A DNA stretch of 64,000 nt from Dehalococcoidia bacterium (GTDB lineage Bacteria; Chloroflexota; Dehalococcoidia; Lucifugimonadales; DAOUAM01): NCBI GenBank assembly GCA_034433305.1, contig DAOUAM010000052.1:2210-66209 (forward strand), given 5' to 3'. Position 1 is the stretch's first letter, and every line of letters begins with the position of its first letter. Shown in pieces: positions 20,824 to 30,683 of this stretch. The notes beneath the pieces are model-generated. The model did not search any database and was not told where the DNA came from. It was given only the letters and a program-made list of their open reading frames with translations. The translations under genes and the position numbers were made by a program.

Positions 20824-23598
20824 CTACTGGCCTCCCGATAGCTCCCTGAGCCTTCGCAGGGCCTCCTCCAGCCGGGCGAGGTCGTCCTTCATCTGCTGGA
20901 TGGCGTCCTCCAGCTTCTCGATTTCGGCGCGGACTGCCTCGGGCAGCCCCGTGGTCGGTGGCGGCGTGGTCGGCGGGCCGCCGGTGACCACGCCGGGCGG
21001 CGGCGCGACGCCCGTGATGGCAGCCACGGCCTCGGCCACCGAGCCACGCATGGTGACCCGCTCTCCAGAGACCAGGATCACCTGCTTCAGCTCTGGGAAC
21101 TCTACACCCTCGGCCTGTAAATATACAGGCTCGGCGTAGAGAAGGCTACTTCCTATGGGAATTACCAGCAGGTTGCCCCGTATGCAGAGCGAGCCTTCCT
21201 GGCAGCGTAGCGTGAACCACTCGGAGATGAAGGGGTCGTTATCTATCCTGGCCTCCACCTGCTCCGGGCCGTCCAGTTGTCTGTCCTTGGGGAAGACAAA
21301 GGCCCGCAGCTTCCCGTAGTGCTCGCCATCGCTGCGGGCGGCCAGCCAGCCGATGAGGTTCTTGCGCTGGCTGGGCACGTAGGGCAGCAGCAATACGAAC
21401 TCCTCCCTTTCCTCTTCCGGCAGCTTCATGATGACGTAGTAAGGCTCTATGGGCTGAAGGGCCTGGCCCTGGCCGAACTTCTCCTGGGGGATGGTCCACA
21501 GGTCCTCGTTGTTGTAAAAGATCTGGGAGTTGCGCATGTGGTAGCGGGTGTACTTCTGCGCCTGGGAGGCGAAGAAGTCCAGGGGGTACCGGATGTGCGC
21601 CTTCAGCGAGTCGGGCATGCGGTCCAGAGGGAGAAAGAGGTCCGGGAAGACCCTGGCGTAGGTCTGGATGACCGGGTCGGCAGGGTCGGCGAGGTAGAAG
21701 CGCAGGTCGCCGGTGAAGGAGTCCACCGTGACCTTGACGCTGTTCCTGATGTAGTTGAAGGAGCCGTTGAAGGGGTCCGAGTAGGGGTAGTGGTCGGTGG
21801 TGGTATAGGCGTCCTGGACCCAGAAAAGCTGGCCATCGGCCACCACTATGTAGGGGTCCCTGTCCAGCAGCAGGAAGGGCGCGACGGTGGCGATGCGCTC
21901 CTGGATGTTGCGGCGGTACTGTATAAGGCTGTCGCCGGTTATCTCGCCGCTGATGAGGATGTTGATGTCGCCGAACTGCCAGGCATAGGCCAGCCGCCTG
22001 AACAGGGAGCTGAGGCGAACGCCGCCGGAGCCTGAGTAGTGGTTGCGTACCGGGTCGCCAGTCTCGGGCTGGTAGTCCAGCTCCTCGGTCCTGGTGTTGA
22101 CGATGACGTAGCTGGCCGTGTTCTCGCCGTAGTAGATGCGCGGATTGGCGATTACCATCTCCGGCGCGGCATCAGGGGCAGTCGGCCTCACCGGAATGAC
22201 GCCGTCGGAGGGGATGTCCTTGGCGAAGAACAGCGGCCTGCCTTCCGGGGTGAACTCGGTTACGGGGCTTATGGCAATGCCGAAGCCGTGGGTGTAGATG
22301 AGCCTCTTGTTGATCCACGTCTGCGCCCGTGGCTCCAGCTTCTCGGGCGCCACCTCCCGGACCGAGAGCATCACCTGGCGGTACTGGCCGCCAATGGTGT
22401 ACCTGTCAATGTCCATGTCCTTGAAGTCGTAGTAAGGGCGGATAAGCTGCACCTGCCTGTACACATCCCTCAGGGGGCGGTAGTCCCACAGCCTGATGTT
22501 GTTGATGGTGAGGAGGTTGTCCCGCACCATCTCCGGCCCGAAGGATGCCTCCGCTGGGTAGAAGGTCTCCTCGATGCGGTCCAGGGCGAAGCCCTTGCGC
22601 GTGGACTCGATGTTGTGGGCGATGTAGGGCTGCTCGCGGACGAACTCCTGGGGATTGACTGTGAACCGCTGCATGAGGGCGGGCCAGATGCTGCCCACGA
22701 CGATGGACATGGCTACCCACAGCACGAAGGCCCCCACCAGCAGGCGCAGCCCACGCATGTAACCATTCAGCAGTATGAGAATGCCGCTAGCGATGGCAAC
22801 GATGAAGAGTATAAACAGGGCTGGCCTGCGGGCATGAAGGTCGGCGTAGGAGGCGCCGAAGATGACGCCGTGCTGGGAAAGCACTAGCTCCCACCTGCCC
22901 AGCCAGTGGCCCCAGGCCAGGATGAACATGATGGCGGCCCCTAAGATGGATACGTGGACCTTGAGGCCTGAGGTCACGGAGAAGCCTATGCCCCGGAGGC
23001 TGAAGTTGACGAAGTAGGTGGCCAGGGTGCCCAGCAGGACCAGGACGGCGGCCCCCAGCAGCCAGCCTTGCAGGAAGTTGTACACCGGTAGCCCGAAGAC
23101 GTAAAAGGAGATATCCCTGTTGTAGATGGGGTCCAGCTCGCCGAAGGGCACAGCGTTAAGGTACTTGAGTACCGCCTCCCACTGGGCGGCAGTCACGGTG
23201 CCCATTATGGTGCTGAGGATGACCACACCCGTCACAGTGCCCCAGAAGACCAGGCGCCGCAGGAACGCCATCACCTCCAGAGGAATGGGTATTGTCTCTG
23301 GCCCCAGGGACAGCCGATGGGCCACCCAGATGCTGGCACTGAGCAGCAGGCCAAAGACGCCAGCGCCCAGGAAGAAGAGCACAATGCGGGCGGCCAGGAC
23401 TTTAACAAATACGCTTCTCAGGCCCAGGCTGTCGAACCACAGCCAGTCGGTGTAAATGGAGCGCACGAAGGAAAGGAATACAAACAGCAGGATTATGGCG
23501 AGGGCAACCGCGCCCCACTTGAGGACTGCGCCCAGGTGTGGCGGAAGCTGCTGTCCGTCAAAGTCTGGTGGGAGGCCCTGCCGGAAACTGCCAGCCAT
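20824..23598 (-). CDS. UPF0182 family large membrane protein
   Basis: 924 aa. N-terminal multi-TM region with YTDWLWFDSLGLRSVF, and a large soluble C-terminal part typical of UPF0182/COG1615. Confidence 0.75.
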   Translation of the reverse strand: MAGSFRQGLPPDFDGQQLPPHLGAVLKWGAVALAIILLFVFLSFVRSIYTDWLWFDSLGLRSVFVKVLAARIVLFFLGAGVFGLLLSASIWVAHRLSLGPETIPIPLEVMAFLRRLVFWGTVTGVVILSTIMGTVTAAQWEAVLKYLNAVPFGELDPIYNRDISFYVFGLPVYNFLQGWLLGAAVLVLLGTLATYFVNFSLRGIGFSVTSGLKVHVSILGAAIMFILAWGHWLGRWELVLSQHGVIFGASYADLHARRPALFILFIVAIASGILILLNGYMRGLRLLVGAFVLWVAMSIVVGSIWPALMQRFTVNPQEFVREQPYIAHNIESTRKGFALDRIEETFYPAEASFGPEMVRDNLLTINNIRLWDYRPLRDVYRQVQLIRPYYDFKDMDIDRYTIGGQYRQVMLSVREVAPEKLEPRAQTWINKRLIYTHGFGIAISPVTEFTPEGRPLFFAKDIPSDGVIPVRPTAPDAAPEMVIANPRIYYGENTASYVIVNTRTEELDYQPETGDPVRNHYSGSGGVRLSSLFRRLAYAWQFGDINILISGEITGDSLIQYRRNIQERIATVAPFLLLDRDPYIVVADGQLFWVQDAYTTTDHYPYSDPFNGSFNYIRNSVKVTVDSFTGDLRFYLADPADPVIQTYARVFPDLFLPLDRMPDSLKAHIRYPLDFFASQAQKYTRYHMRNSQIFYNNEDLWTIPQEKFGQGQALQPIEPYYVIMKLPEEEREEFVLLLPYVPSQRKNLIGWLAARSDGEHYGKLRAFVFPKDRQLDGPEQVEARIDNDPFISEWFTLRCQEGSLCIRGNLLVIPIGSSLLYAEPVYLQAEGVEFPELKQVILVSGERVTMRGSVAEAVAAITGVAPPPGVVTGGPPTTPPPTTGLPEAVRAEIEKLEDAIQQMKDDLARLEEALRRLRELSGGQ

Positions 23599-23608
23599 CG
23601 CAGGTCTG

Positions 23609-24508
23609 CTAGCCGATGCGCGTGCCCAGGGCTTTGCCTGCTATGCTGTCCCTCAGGGCGCCCGGCTTGCGACCGTCCACTATCTGGGGTATGCTGCCCC
23701 GCCTGAGAGCGGTAAGGCAGGCCTCCAGCTTGGGCACCATTCCGCCGCCTACCACGTTGGAGTGCATCAGGTCTTCCGCCTGGCGCTGGGTAAGCCGGGG
23801 AATGAGGCGCTTGGAAGAGTCCAGCACTCCCTCCACGTCGGTGAGGAACACCAGACGGGCGGCGCCCAGGGCGGCTGCTATCTCGCCCGCCGCCGTGTCA
23901 GCATTGACATTGAGCAGGGTGCCAGCGTGGCCGGAGCCATCGGCGCAGTGCATCGCCACCGGCGCGATGATGGGTATGCAGCCTGCGTCCAGCACGGCCT
24001 TGATAGGCGCGGTGTTGACGGCGACCACGCTGCCCACCAGCCCAAGCTGAGGGTCCAGGACTCTGGCCTGGAGCATGCCGCCGTCCACGCCCGACACGCC
24101 TATGGCCATGCCGCCACGGGCCAGCACCGACGCCACCAGCGTCTTGTTGATGAGACCGGTCAGCACCGCCACCACTATCTCAAGGCTGGGTGCGTCGGTG
24201 ACGCGCAGGCCCCGCACGAACTGGGGCCTTACGCCCTGCTTCTCCATCCACTCGGTGATGGTCTTGCCGCCGCCGTGCACCACCACGGGGTTTATACCCT
24301 CTCTCTGCAAAGCTACCAGGTCTTCCAGGGTGGTATCATGGCTGCCCAGAGTGCTGCCGCCGATTTTCACTACGATCGTCCCATGTGGGAGGGCCTCCTT
24401 TGCTGGTATAGCTTGCGCTTCAGCCTCCTCCTGGGCTGGTGCGCGGCCTGCCCCGGCTTCTGGCCCGGCAGGCACTGGGTGGATGTACCTGGGTTGTGGC
24501 TCTATCAA
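23609..24508 (-). CDS. argB: acetylglutamate kinase
   Basis: VVKIGGSTLG, VVVHGGGKTIT and FLTDVEGVLD. It has a TTG start with a ~45-aa N-terminal extension, so the true start is uncertain. Confidence 0.88.
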   Translation of the reverse strand: MIEPQPRYIHPVPAGPEAGAGRAPAQEEAEAQAIPAKEALPHGTIVVKIGGSTLGSHDTTLEDLVALQREGINPVVVHGGGKTITEWMEKQGVRPQFVRGLRVTDAPSLEIVVAVLTGLINKTLVASVLARGGMAIGVSGVDGGMLQARVLDPQLGLVGSVVAVNTAPIKAVLDAGCIPIIAPVAMHCADGSGHAGTLLNVNADTAAGEIAAALGAARLVFLTDVEGVLDSSKRLIPRLTQRQAEDLMHSNVVGGGMVPKLEACLTALRRGSIPQIVDGRKPGALRDSIAGKALGTRIG

Positions 24509-24577
24509 GGGATTCCAGTCCTCAGTTCCAACAATAAATTGTCGCCCATAAAGGGGAAGGCTTCACCCTCATCCCAA

Positions 24578-24629
24578 CCTTCTCCCGTCAAGGGAGAAGG
24601 AGTATTTTCTCTCCCCTGGCGGGAGAGGA
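24578..24629. repeat. tandem intergenic stem-loops between argJ and argB
   Basis: CCTTCTCCC-GTCAA-GGGAGAAGG (24578-24600) and TTCTCTCC-CCTGGC-GGGAGAGGA-type (24607-29) hairpins, flanked by TCACCCTCA / GGTGAGGGGG. Confidence 0.55.
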
Positions 24630-24679
24630 TTGATTAAGGTGAGGGGGAAACGCTCCATCAAAACCAAGTTGACGCTGTA

Positions 24680-25888
24680 CTAAGTGCTGTACGCGGAGTT
24701 GAAGGTAACGTACTCCTCGGTCAGGTCGCAGCCCCAGGCGGTGGCGCTGCCGTTGCCTATGTTGAGGTTCACTCGGAAGCGCACTGTGGGGACGTTCATG
24801 GCCTTGATAACCGCCTCCTTGAAGAAGGGTATGGCGACGCCCTGATAGACGATGTGAATGTCGTTGATGAAGATGTCAATCTTGCGCTCGTCAAGCTCGA
24901 TGCCGCTCTTGCCCAGGGCCATCATGATGCGGCCCCAGTTGGGGTCGCGCCCATGGACCATGGCCTTGACCAGGGGTGAGCTGGAAATGGACCTGGCCGC
25001 GGCGCGGGCATCCGCAACGCTCCTGGCGCCGTCCACCACTATCTCCATGATACGCTGGGCGCCCTCGCCGTCCCGTACCAGTTCCTTGGCCAACTCGGTG
25101 CAGATGTAGGTGAGGGCCTCCTGGAAGGCTGAGGCCTGGGGCGACCCGGCGTGGATGGTCGGCCCGCCGGCGGCGCCATTGGCGAACAGCAGCACCGTGT
25201 CATTGGTGCTCTGGTCGCTGTCCACGCTGATCATGTTGAAGGACACGTCCACCGCCTGCTTGAGGGCCTGCTGGAGAAAGGCGCGCTCCACATCGGCGTC
25301 GGTGGTGAGGAAACAGAGCATGGTGGCCATATTGGGGTGGATCATCCCTACTCCCTTGGCGGCGCCGCCCAGCGTTACCTTCCGGCCATTCAGGTCCACG
25401 GACACGGCCCGCTCCTTGGGGTGGGTGTCGGTGGTCATGATGGCGCGGGCGAACTGGTGACCGCCCTCTGGGGCCACTTTGATGTTGCTGATGTTCCGGC
25501 GGATGAGGGCCATGGGAAGCTCGACGCCGATCATGCCGGTGCTGCACACCAGCAAGTCCTCGGGGCTGGCGCCCACGTGCCTGGCGGCCAGCGCCGTCAT
25601 CTCTTCGGCGTCCTTGAGGCCCTGCTCGCCCACGCAGCAGTTGGCGCAGCCGCTGTTGGCCACCACGCCACGGGCGATGCCCTTCCTGGCCCGCTGCCTG
25701 CTGAGGACTACCGAGGGCGACTGCACTTTGTTGGTGGTGAAGGTGGCGGCCACGTTGGCCTGCCGCTCCGAGACCAGAATGCCGAGGTCCAGGACGTTCT
25801 CGCCGTGGGTCTTGAGTCCTGCGTAGGTGCCGCCAGCCAGGAAGCCCCTGGCCGACGTGACAGTGCCATCCTGGATTAGCTCGATCAT
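24680..25888 (-). CDS. argJ: bifunctional glutamate N-acetyltransferase / amino-acid acetyltransferase
   Basis: ArgJ signatures: GFLAGGTYAGLK, MATMLCFLTTDA (autoprocessing site region) and the C-terminal CDLTEEYVTFNSAYST. The start is trimmed to MIELIQDG (ATG at 25888) behind GAGGGAGGAA. Confidence 0.9.
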   Translation of the reverse strand: MIELIQDGTVTSARGFLAGGTYAGLKTHGENVLDLGILVSERQANVAATFTTNKVQSPSVVLSRQRARKGIARGVVANSGCANCCVGEQGLKDAEEMTALAARHVGASPEDLLVCSTGMIGVELPMALIRRNISNIKVAPEGGHQFARAIMTTDTHPKERAVSVDLNGRKVTLGGAAKGVGMIHPNMATMLCFLTTDADVERAFLQQALKQAVDVSFNMISVDSDQSTNDTVLLFANGAAGGPTIHAGSPQASAFQEALTYICTELAKELVRDGEGAQRIMEIVVDGARSVADARAAARSISSSPLVKAMVHGRDPNWGRIMMALGKSGIELDERKIDIFINDIHIVYQGVAIPFFKEAVIKAMNVPTVRFRVNLNIGNGSATAWGCDLTEEYVTFNSAYST

Positions 25889-26112
25889 CTTCAGTTCCTC
25901 CCTCGGGACAGGATGTCCCCGATGGTCGCTTCTGGCACGGCCCGGGAGGCAATGGCTACCCCTCGCCGGTGGCCTGCCATCAGCCACGGCAGTATAGCAT
26001 ACGTATGTATGCGAAAAAAGGGAAGCGGGCCTTCCGGTGAGTTATCGCGCCGGCCACGGTGTGTGCTACAATACACGGACAAAATTGGACTCTGACGGAG
26101 GTCAACCGCCCC

Positions 26113-28356
26113 ATGACGACAACCGCTTCGCCGAAACGGGAGTACAGGGTCGTAGGCACGCGTCCTATCCGACACGATGGCTACGATAAGGTCACGGGTA
26201 AGGCCCTGTATGGTGCGGATATCCACCTCCCGGGGATGCTGTACGGTAAGATACTGCGCAGCCCCCACGCCCATGCCAGGATAGTCTCCATAGACACCAG
26301 CAAGGCCGAGGCGCACCCGGGAGTCAAGGCTGTGGTTACCGCCAGAGACTTCCCGACACCGCCGGGGGAGCCTGTAGTCCTTGGCTCAGGGCCAGCGGTG
26401 AACCTCGACCACCTGAGCAGCAACATCCTCGCTAGGGACAAGGTGCTGTACAAGGGCCACGCCATCGCGGCAGTGGCCGCCGCCAGCCCGCACGTCGCCG
26501 AGGAGGCCCTGGCCCTCATTGACGTCCAGTACGAGGTGCTGCCAGCCGTCACCAACGTCGAGGATGCCATGAAGCCGGGCGCGCCTCAGCTCCACGCCAG
26601 GTACAAGGGGAACGTCGCCAGCCATGTCCAGCTCAAGCTCGGTGATGTGGAGAAGGGCTTCAAAGAGGCGGATATAGTGCTGGAGCGGGAGTACCGTACC
26701 AGGACGGTGCACCAGGGCTACATCGAGCCTCACTCCGCCACGGCCTGGTGGACCGCCAACGACAAGATCACCGTCTGGTGTAGCAGCCAGGGCCACTTTC
26801 CCGTCAGGGAGCGCACGGCCGGCGTGCTGGGCGTGCCGTCGTCCAGTATCAAGGTAGTGCCCATGGAGATCGGCGGCGGCTTCGGCGGCAAGACCACCAG
26901 CTACCTGGAACCCGTGGCCGCTATCCTGTCTCGGAAGAGCGGCCACCCCGTGAAGCTGACCATGACCCGCACCGAGGTGCTGGAGGCCACCGGCCCCACC
27001 TCGGGCAGTTACTCCAGGGTGAAGCTGGGCGTCAAGAAGGACGGGCGGATAACCGCGGCGCAGGCGTACCTGGCCTTCGAGGCTGGCGCGTACCCTGGCT
27101 CGCCCGTGGGCGCGGCAGCCCAGTGCATGCTGGCCCCATATAACATCGAGAACGCCCTGGTAGACGGCTACGATGTGGTCACCAACAAGCCCAAGACGGC
27201 GGCCTACCGCGCGCCTGGCGCGCCCATAGGCGCCTACACCTTCGAGACACTGGTGGACGAGGCCTGCGAGAAGCTGGGCCTGGACCCGCTGGAGTTCCGC
27301 ATCCTCAATGGCGCCAGGGAAGGCACCCGCAGGGTAAATGGCGTGGTCAACCCGCGCATCGGCTGCATCGAGACGGCGCAGGCCATCAAGGACCATCCGC
27401 ACTACAAGACGCCACTGAAGGGGCCTTACCGCGGCCGCGGCGTGGCGTCGGGCTTCTGGATCAACGGCAGTGGCCCGGCCTGCGCCATAGCCAGCGTGAA
27501 CTTCGACGGCACCATCAACCTGCTGGAAGGCTCGGTGGACATAGGCGGCAGCCGGCCAGCGGCGGCCCAGATGCTGGCCGAGGTCCTGGGCATACCGGTA
27601 ACCGACGTGAACCCCCAGGTGGCCGACACGGACTCCATTGGCTTCACGTCCATGACCGGCGGCAGCAGCGTTGCCTTCAAGACCGGCTGGGCCGCCTATG
27701 AAGCAGCCCAGGACGTCAAGCGGCAGATGGTCGCCCGCGCCGCCAGGCTCTGGGAGGCCTCGCCCGACGACGTGGAGCTTGTGGACGGCGTCTTCCGGCA
27801 CAAGTCCTCGTCGGACCTCAAGCTCAGCTTCAAGGAGCTGGCGGCACGGCTGCCCGAGACCGGCGGCCCGGTGGTAGGCCGCGCCAACATAGACCCCAAG
27901 GGCGCTGGCAGCTCCTTCGCCACCCACTGCGTTGACGTGGAGGTGGACCCCGAGACGGGCAAGGTGACCATACTGCGGTACACCGCTGCCCAGGACGCGG
28001 GCACGGCTGTCCATCCCAGCTACGTGGAGGGCCAGATACAGGGTGGGGTAGTGCAGGGGATCGGCTGGGCGCTGAACGAGGAGTACTTCATGGCCCCCGA
28101 TGGCCGAATGCTCAACTCCAGCTTTCTGGACTATCGCATGCCCACGGCCCTGGACCTGCCCATGATAGACGCGGTCATTGTGGAAGTCCCCAATCCGGCG
28201 CACCCCTACGGCGTCAGGGGCGTGGGCGAGACGGCCATAGTCCCGCCGCTGGCCGCCATAGCCAACGCCATCTACCATGCGGTGGGAGTACGTATGACCA
28301 GTCTGCCAATGAACCCGGCGGCAGTCCTGAAGGCCATTCAGGAGAAGGGCAAGTAA
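26113..28356 (+). CDS. xanthine dehydrogenase/aldehyde oxidase family molybdopterin-binding subunit
   Basis: RVVGTRPIRHDGYDKVTGKALYGADI...GKILRSPHAHARIVSID is the typical N-terminus. The size (~747 aa) and GGGFGGK motif also fit. The start ATG at 26113 follows GGAGG. Confidence 0.85.
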   Translation: MTTTASPKREYRVVGTRPIRHDGYDKVTGKALYGADIHLPGMLYGKILRSPHAHARIVSIDTSKAEAHPGVKAVVTARDFPTPPGEPVVLGSGPAVNLDHLSSNILARDKVLYKGHAIAAVAAASPHVAEEALALIDVQYEVLPAVTNVEDAMKPGAPQLHARYKGNVASHVQLKLGDVEKGFKEADIVLEREYRTRTVHQGYIEPHSATAWWTANDKITVWCSSQGHFPVRERTAGVLGVPSSSIKVVPMEIGGGFGGKTTSYLEPVAAILSRKSGHPVKLTMTRTEVLEATGPTSGSYSRVKLGVKKDGRITAAQAYLAFEAGAYPGSPVGAAAQCMLAPYNIENALVDGYDVVTNKPKTAAYRAPGAPIGAYTFETLVDEACEKLGLDPLEFRILNGAREGTRRVNGVVNPRIGCIETAQAIKDHPHYKTPLKGPYRGRGVASGFWINGSGPACAIASVNFDGTINLLEGSVDIGGSRPAAAQMLAEVLGIPVTDVNPQVADTDSIGFTSMTGGSSVAFKTGWAAYEAAQDVKRQMVARAARLWEASPDDVELVDGVFRHKSSSDLKLSFKELAARLPETGGPVVGRANIDPKGAGSSFATHCVDVEVDPETGKVTILRYTAAQDAGTAVHPSYVEGQIQGGVVQGIGWALNEEYFMAPDGRMLNSSFLDYRMPTALDLPMIDAVIVEVPNPAHPYGVRGVGETAIVPPLAAIANAIYHAVGVRMTSLPMNPAAVLKAIQEKGK

Positions 28357-28468
28357 GCCAGTCCCTGGTCCCATAGTGGCAAAGTCAGGCCTGGCGGAGG
28401 AAGACGCAGCCTGCTCCGCCAGGCCCACATCCCTGGCAGCGGCCTCGCGCGCCCATAAAGCGACGTAA

Positions 28469-28507
28469 GCATGGCCTGGCAAGGGTGCCAGGCCATGCGC
28501 CCTTTTG
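28469..28507 (+). terminator. intrinsic terminator after the Mo-hydroxylase gene
   Basis: GCATGGCCTGGC-AAGGGT-GCCAGGCCATGC, followed by GCCCTTTTG. Confidence 0.6.
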
Positions 28508-28529
28508 AGTTGCAGGAAGGAACACTGAG

Positions 28530-29441
28530 ATGGCCAGGACTATTCTGGTGCCCCTGGATGGCTCAGCCACGTCTGAGGCCGTGCTGCCCTACGTAGTCAC
28601 CATCGCCAAGGGCATGGACTGCGAGGTCACTCTGCTGTATGCCGTTGACCTGACCCCCATGCTCATGGCCACGACCACCAACGCGCCCCTGGCCGTGGGT
28701 TACCTGGAGGACTTCGAGAGGCAGGCCAGGGAGAGCGGCGAGGAATACCTGCGGCAGCAGTGCCGCAGGCTGGAAGGGCTGGGTGTCCGGTGTGCGACCC
28801 TGGTGGAGGTGGGCAGGCCCACCGATGTCATCCTCCAGCACGACGAGCGCGACTCGCCCTGGCTCATAGCCCTCTCGACCCACGGGCGCTCTGGCCTGGC
28901 GCGGCTCGTTCTGGGCAGCGTGGCATCGCGCCTGCTCCAGACGGCCAGGTCGCCACTGCTGCTGGTACGCCCCAGGGATGAGACGCTTCCTGCGGTGGCG
29001 CGGCTGGACGAGGTCATTGTGCCCCTGGACGCCTCGCCGCTGGCCGAGGGCGTGCTGCCGCTGGTGGTGGACCTGGCCAGCGGGCTGCGCCTCGCCGTGA
29101 CGCTGGTGCAGGCGCTGCCCACAGCCTCCCAGCTTTACATGGGCACCGAGATAGTCGCCCACCCGGCGGACATACTGGAGCGGGCGGAGCAGGCCGTCCG
29201 GGAGTACCTGCAGGGCGTGGCAAGCAGACTGGAGCAGCAGGGCCTCCAGGCCCACCTGGAGGTGCTCAGTGGAGAGGCTGGCAGCGCCATTGTGGAGTTC
29301 GCCCGCCAGAGGCCGCACAACATCATCGCCATGACCACCCACGGCCGCTCAGGGCTGGGGCGCTGGGTGCTGGGCAGTGTCACGGACAAGGTGGTGCGCT
29401 CCAGCGGCGACCCGGTGGTGGTGGTGCGCCCTCGCCAGTAA
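28530..29441 (+). CDS. tandem universal stress protein (2 x UspA domain)
   Basis: Two repeats of the ILVPLDGS...HGRSGL.R...GSV motif pattern. Confidence 0.85.
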   Translation: MARTILVPLDGSATSEAVLPYVVTIAKGMDCEVTLLYAVDLTPMLMATTTNAPLAVGYLEDFERQARESGEEYLRQQCRRLEGLGVRCATLVEVGRPTDVILQHDERDSPWLIALSTHGRSGLARLVLGSVASRLLQTARSPLLLVRPRDETLPAVARLDEVIVPLDASPLAEGVLPLVVDLASGLRLAVTLVQALPTASQLYMGTEIVAHPADILERAEQAVREYLQGVASRLEQQGLQAHLEVLSGEAGSAIVEFARQRPHNIIAMTTHGRSGLGRWVLGSVTDKVVRSSGDPVVVVRPRQ

Positions 29442-29454
29442 GGCGGAGGGCTTT

Positions 29455-30525
29455 TCAGGGCATGGCATTGGCAGGCCGGGCCGGCGTCGGCTGGAACGCC
29501 GCGCCCCTGACCTCCATCACATTAGCTTCCACGCTGACGTCCGCCTCCAGGAACTGCTGCACCAGCCACGCGTTGGACTGTACATGGTTGGTCAGTTGGG
29601 GAATTCGGAAGAGGCTTGTGCCGGCCGCCAGAGCGGCGAAGGGTATGACCTGGTCAGCGGCATGCCTGTCCAGCGTGGCGCCCGTTCCCAGGTCCTCCAG
29701 GAGTTGCTCCGCGACCCGACGGCCTATGGCCTCGGACCTGCGGCCTGGCGCGCCAGACATGTCGGCGCCCAGCCGCGCTCCCGAGCCCAGGTCCGCGAAC
29801 AGGGCCAGCGCGGCGCCAGGCTGGAGGGATGTGGCATCGTCGCAGACCTCGATGGCGGCGCGGTAGCCGGCCCTGGCCAGGGCCTCGCTGGCGGCCTCGG
29901 CCATGCGCTGGCCGACCTGTCGCTCCTTGAGGTGGGAGGCCAGCGCCACACCCCACAGGCGTTTCACCCCGCCGGGCTGGCCCAGCACCAGGGGAGCCAG
30001 CGCGCCAGCCACTGGCTGGACACGCAGGCGCAGAATGCCTCCGCCCCTGGGGACGTAGCCCGGCCTTTCCATGTACACCTGGACGCTCAGGCCCATGCGG
30101 GCCAGCAGGGGCGCCATGACGTGGCGCAGGTGGTAGCAGGACGGCGCGAAGTCCTGGAACAGGCCGCCACGTAGCTCTACCTCCACCGGCCCGGGGGCAA
30201 AGGCCAGCACAGGCAGCACCGCCAGCGCCAGCATGGTGGTGGAGCCGGCCGAGCCGATGTCCCAGGTGTAGCTCTGGCCTGGCATGGCCCGCCCAGGGAC
30301 AAACACCACGTCCTGAGAGCCTTCGTGGACGCCGCTGGCCTCTCCCGAGGCAAGCTGGCAGATGGCCCGGATGACGCTGATGTGCTGAGGCCGCAGGCCG
30401 GGGGCAGGACGCCTGGCCCGCGCGTTGGTGATGTGTACAGGCCTGCGGGTGAGCGCGGCCAGCGCCACCGCCTGCCGCACCAGAGTGCCGCTCCCTGAAT
30501 AGCGCGAGCCGTCTATCTCCAGCAT
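29455..30525 (-). CDS. rtcA: RNA 3'-terminal phosphate cyclase
   Basis: LEIDGSRYSGSGTLVRQAVALAALTRRPVHITNARARRPAPGLRPQH and RHAADQVIPFAAL (His nucleotidylation region). No rtcB or rtcR lies adjacent. Confidence 0.85.
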   Translation of the reverse strand: MLEIDGSRYSGSGTLVRQAVALAALTRRPVHITNARARRPAPGLRPQHISVIRAICQLASGEASGVHEGSQDVVFVPGRAMPGQSYTWDIGSAGSTTMLALAVLPVLAFAPGPVEVELRGGLFQDFAPSCYHLRHVMAPLLARMGLSVQVYMERPGYVPRGGGILRLRVQPVAGALAPLVLGQPGGVKRLWGVALASHLKERQVGQRMAEAASEALARAGYRAAIEVCDDATSLQPGAALALFADLGSGARLGADMSGAPGRRSEAIGRRVAEQLLEDLGTGATLDRHAADQVIPFAALAAGTSLFRIPQLTNHVQSNAWLVQQFLEADVSVEANVMEVRGAAFQPTPARPANAMP

Positions 30526-30683
30526 GGCCTCCTGCCTCTGCCAGCAGACTCACCCCCATGCTGTACAAGGCCAGGGCTGGCCCGGTGCGGCCCCTCTCCG
30601 GCCCCTGTCCTGAGCATGCCCAAGGACCTGAGAAGGGCCATAGAAAGCCCACGTTGTGCAACTAAACACCCGGGAGAGGTCCC

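Noticed and set aside
23609-24508. The 45-aa Glu/Ala-rich N-terminal extension of ArgB as a possible fused domain.
   Set aside because: It is low-complexity and starts at a TTG chosen only because it is the first start codon in the ORF. More likely the true start is an unrecognised downstream codon, so it is not reported as a finding.
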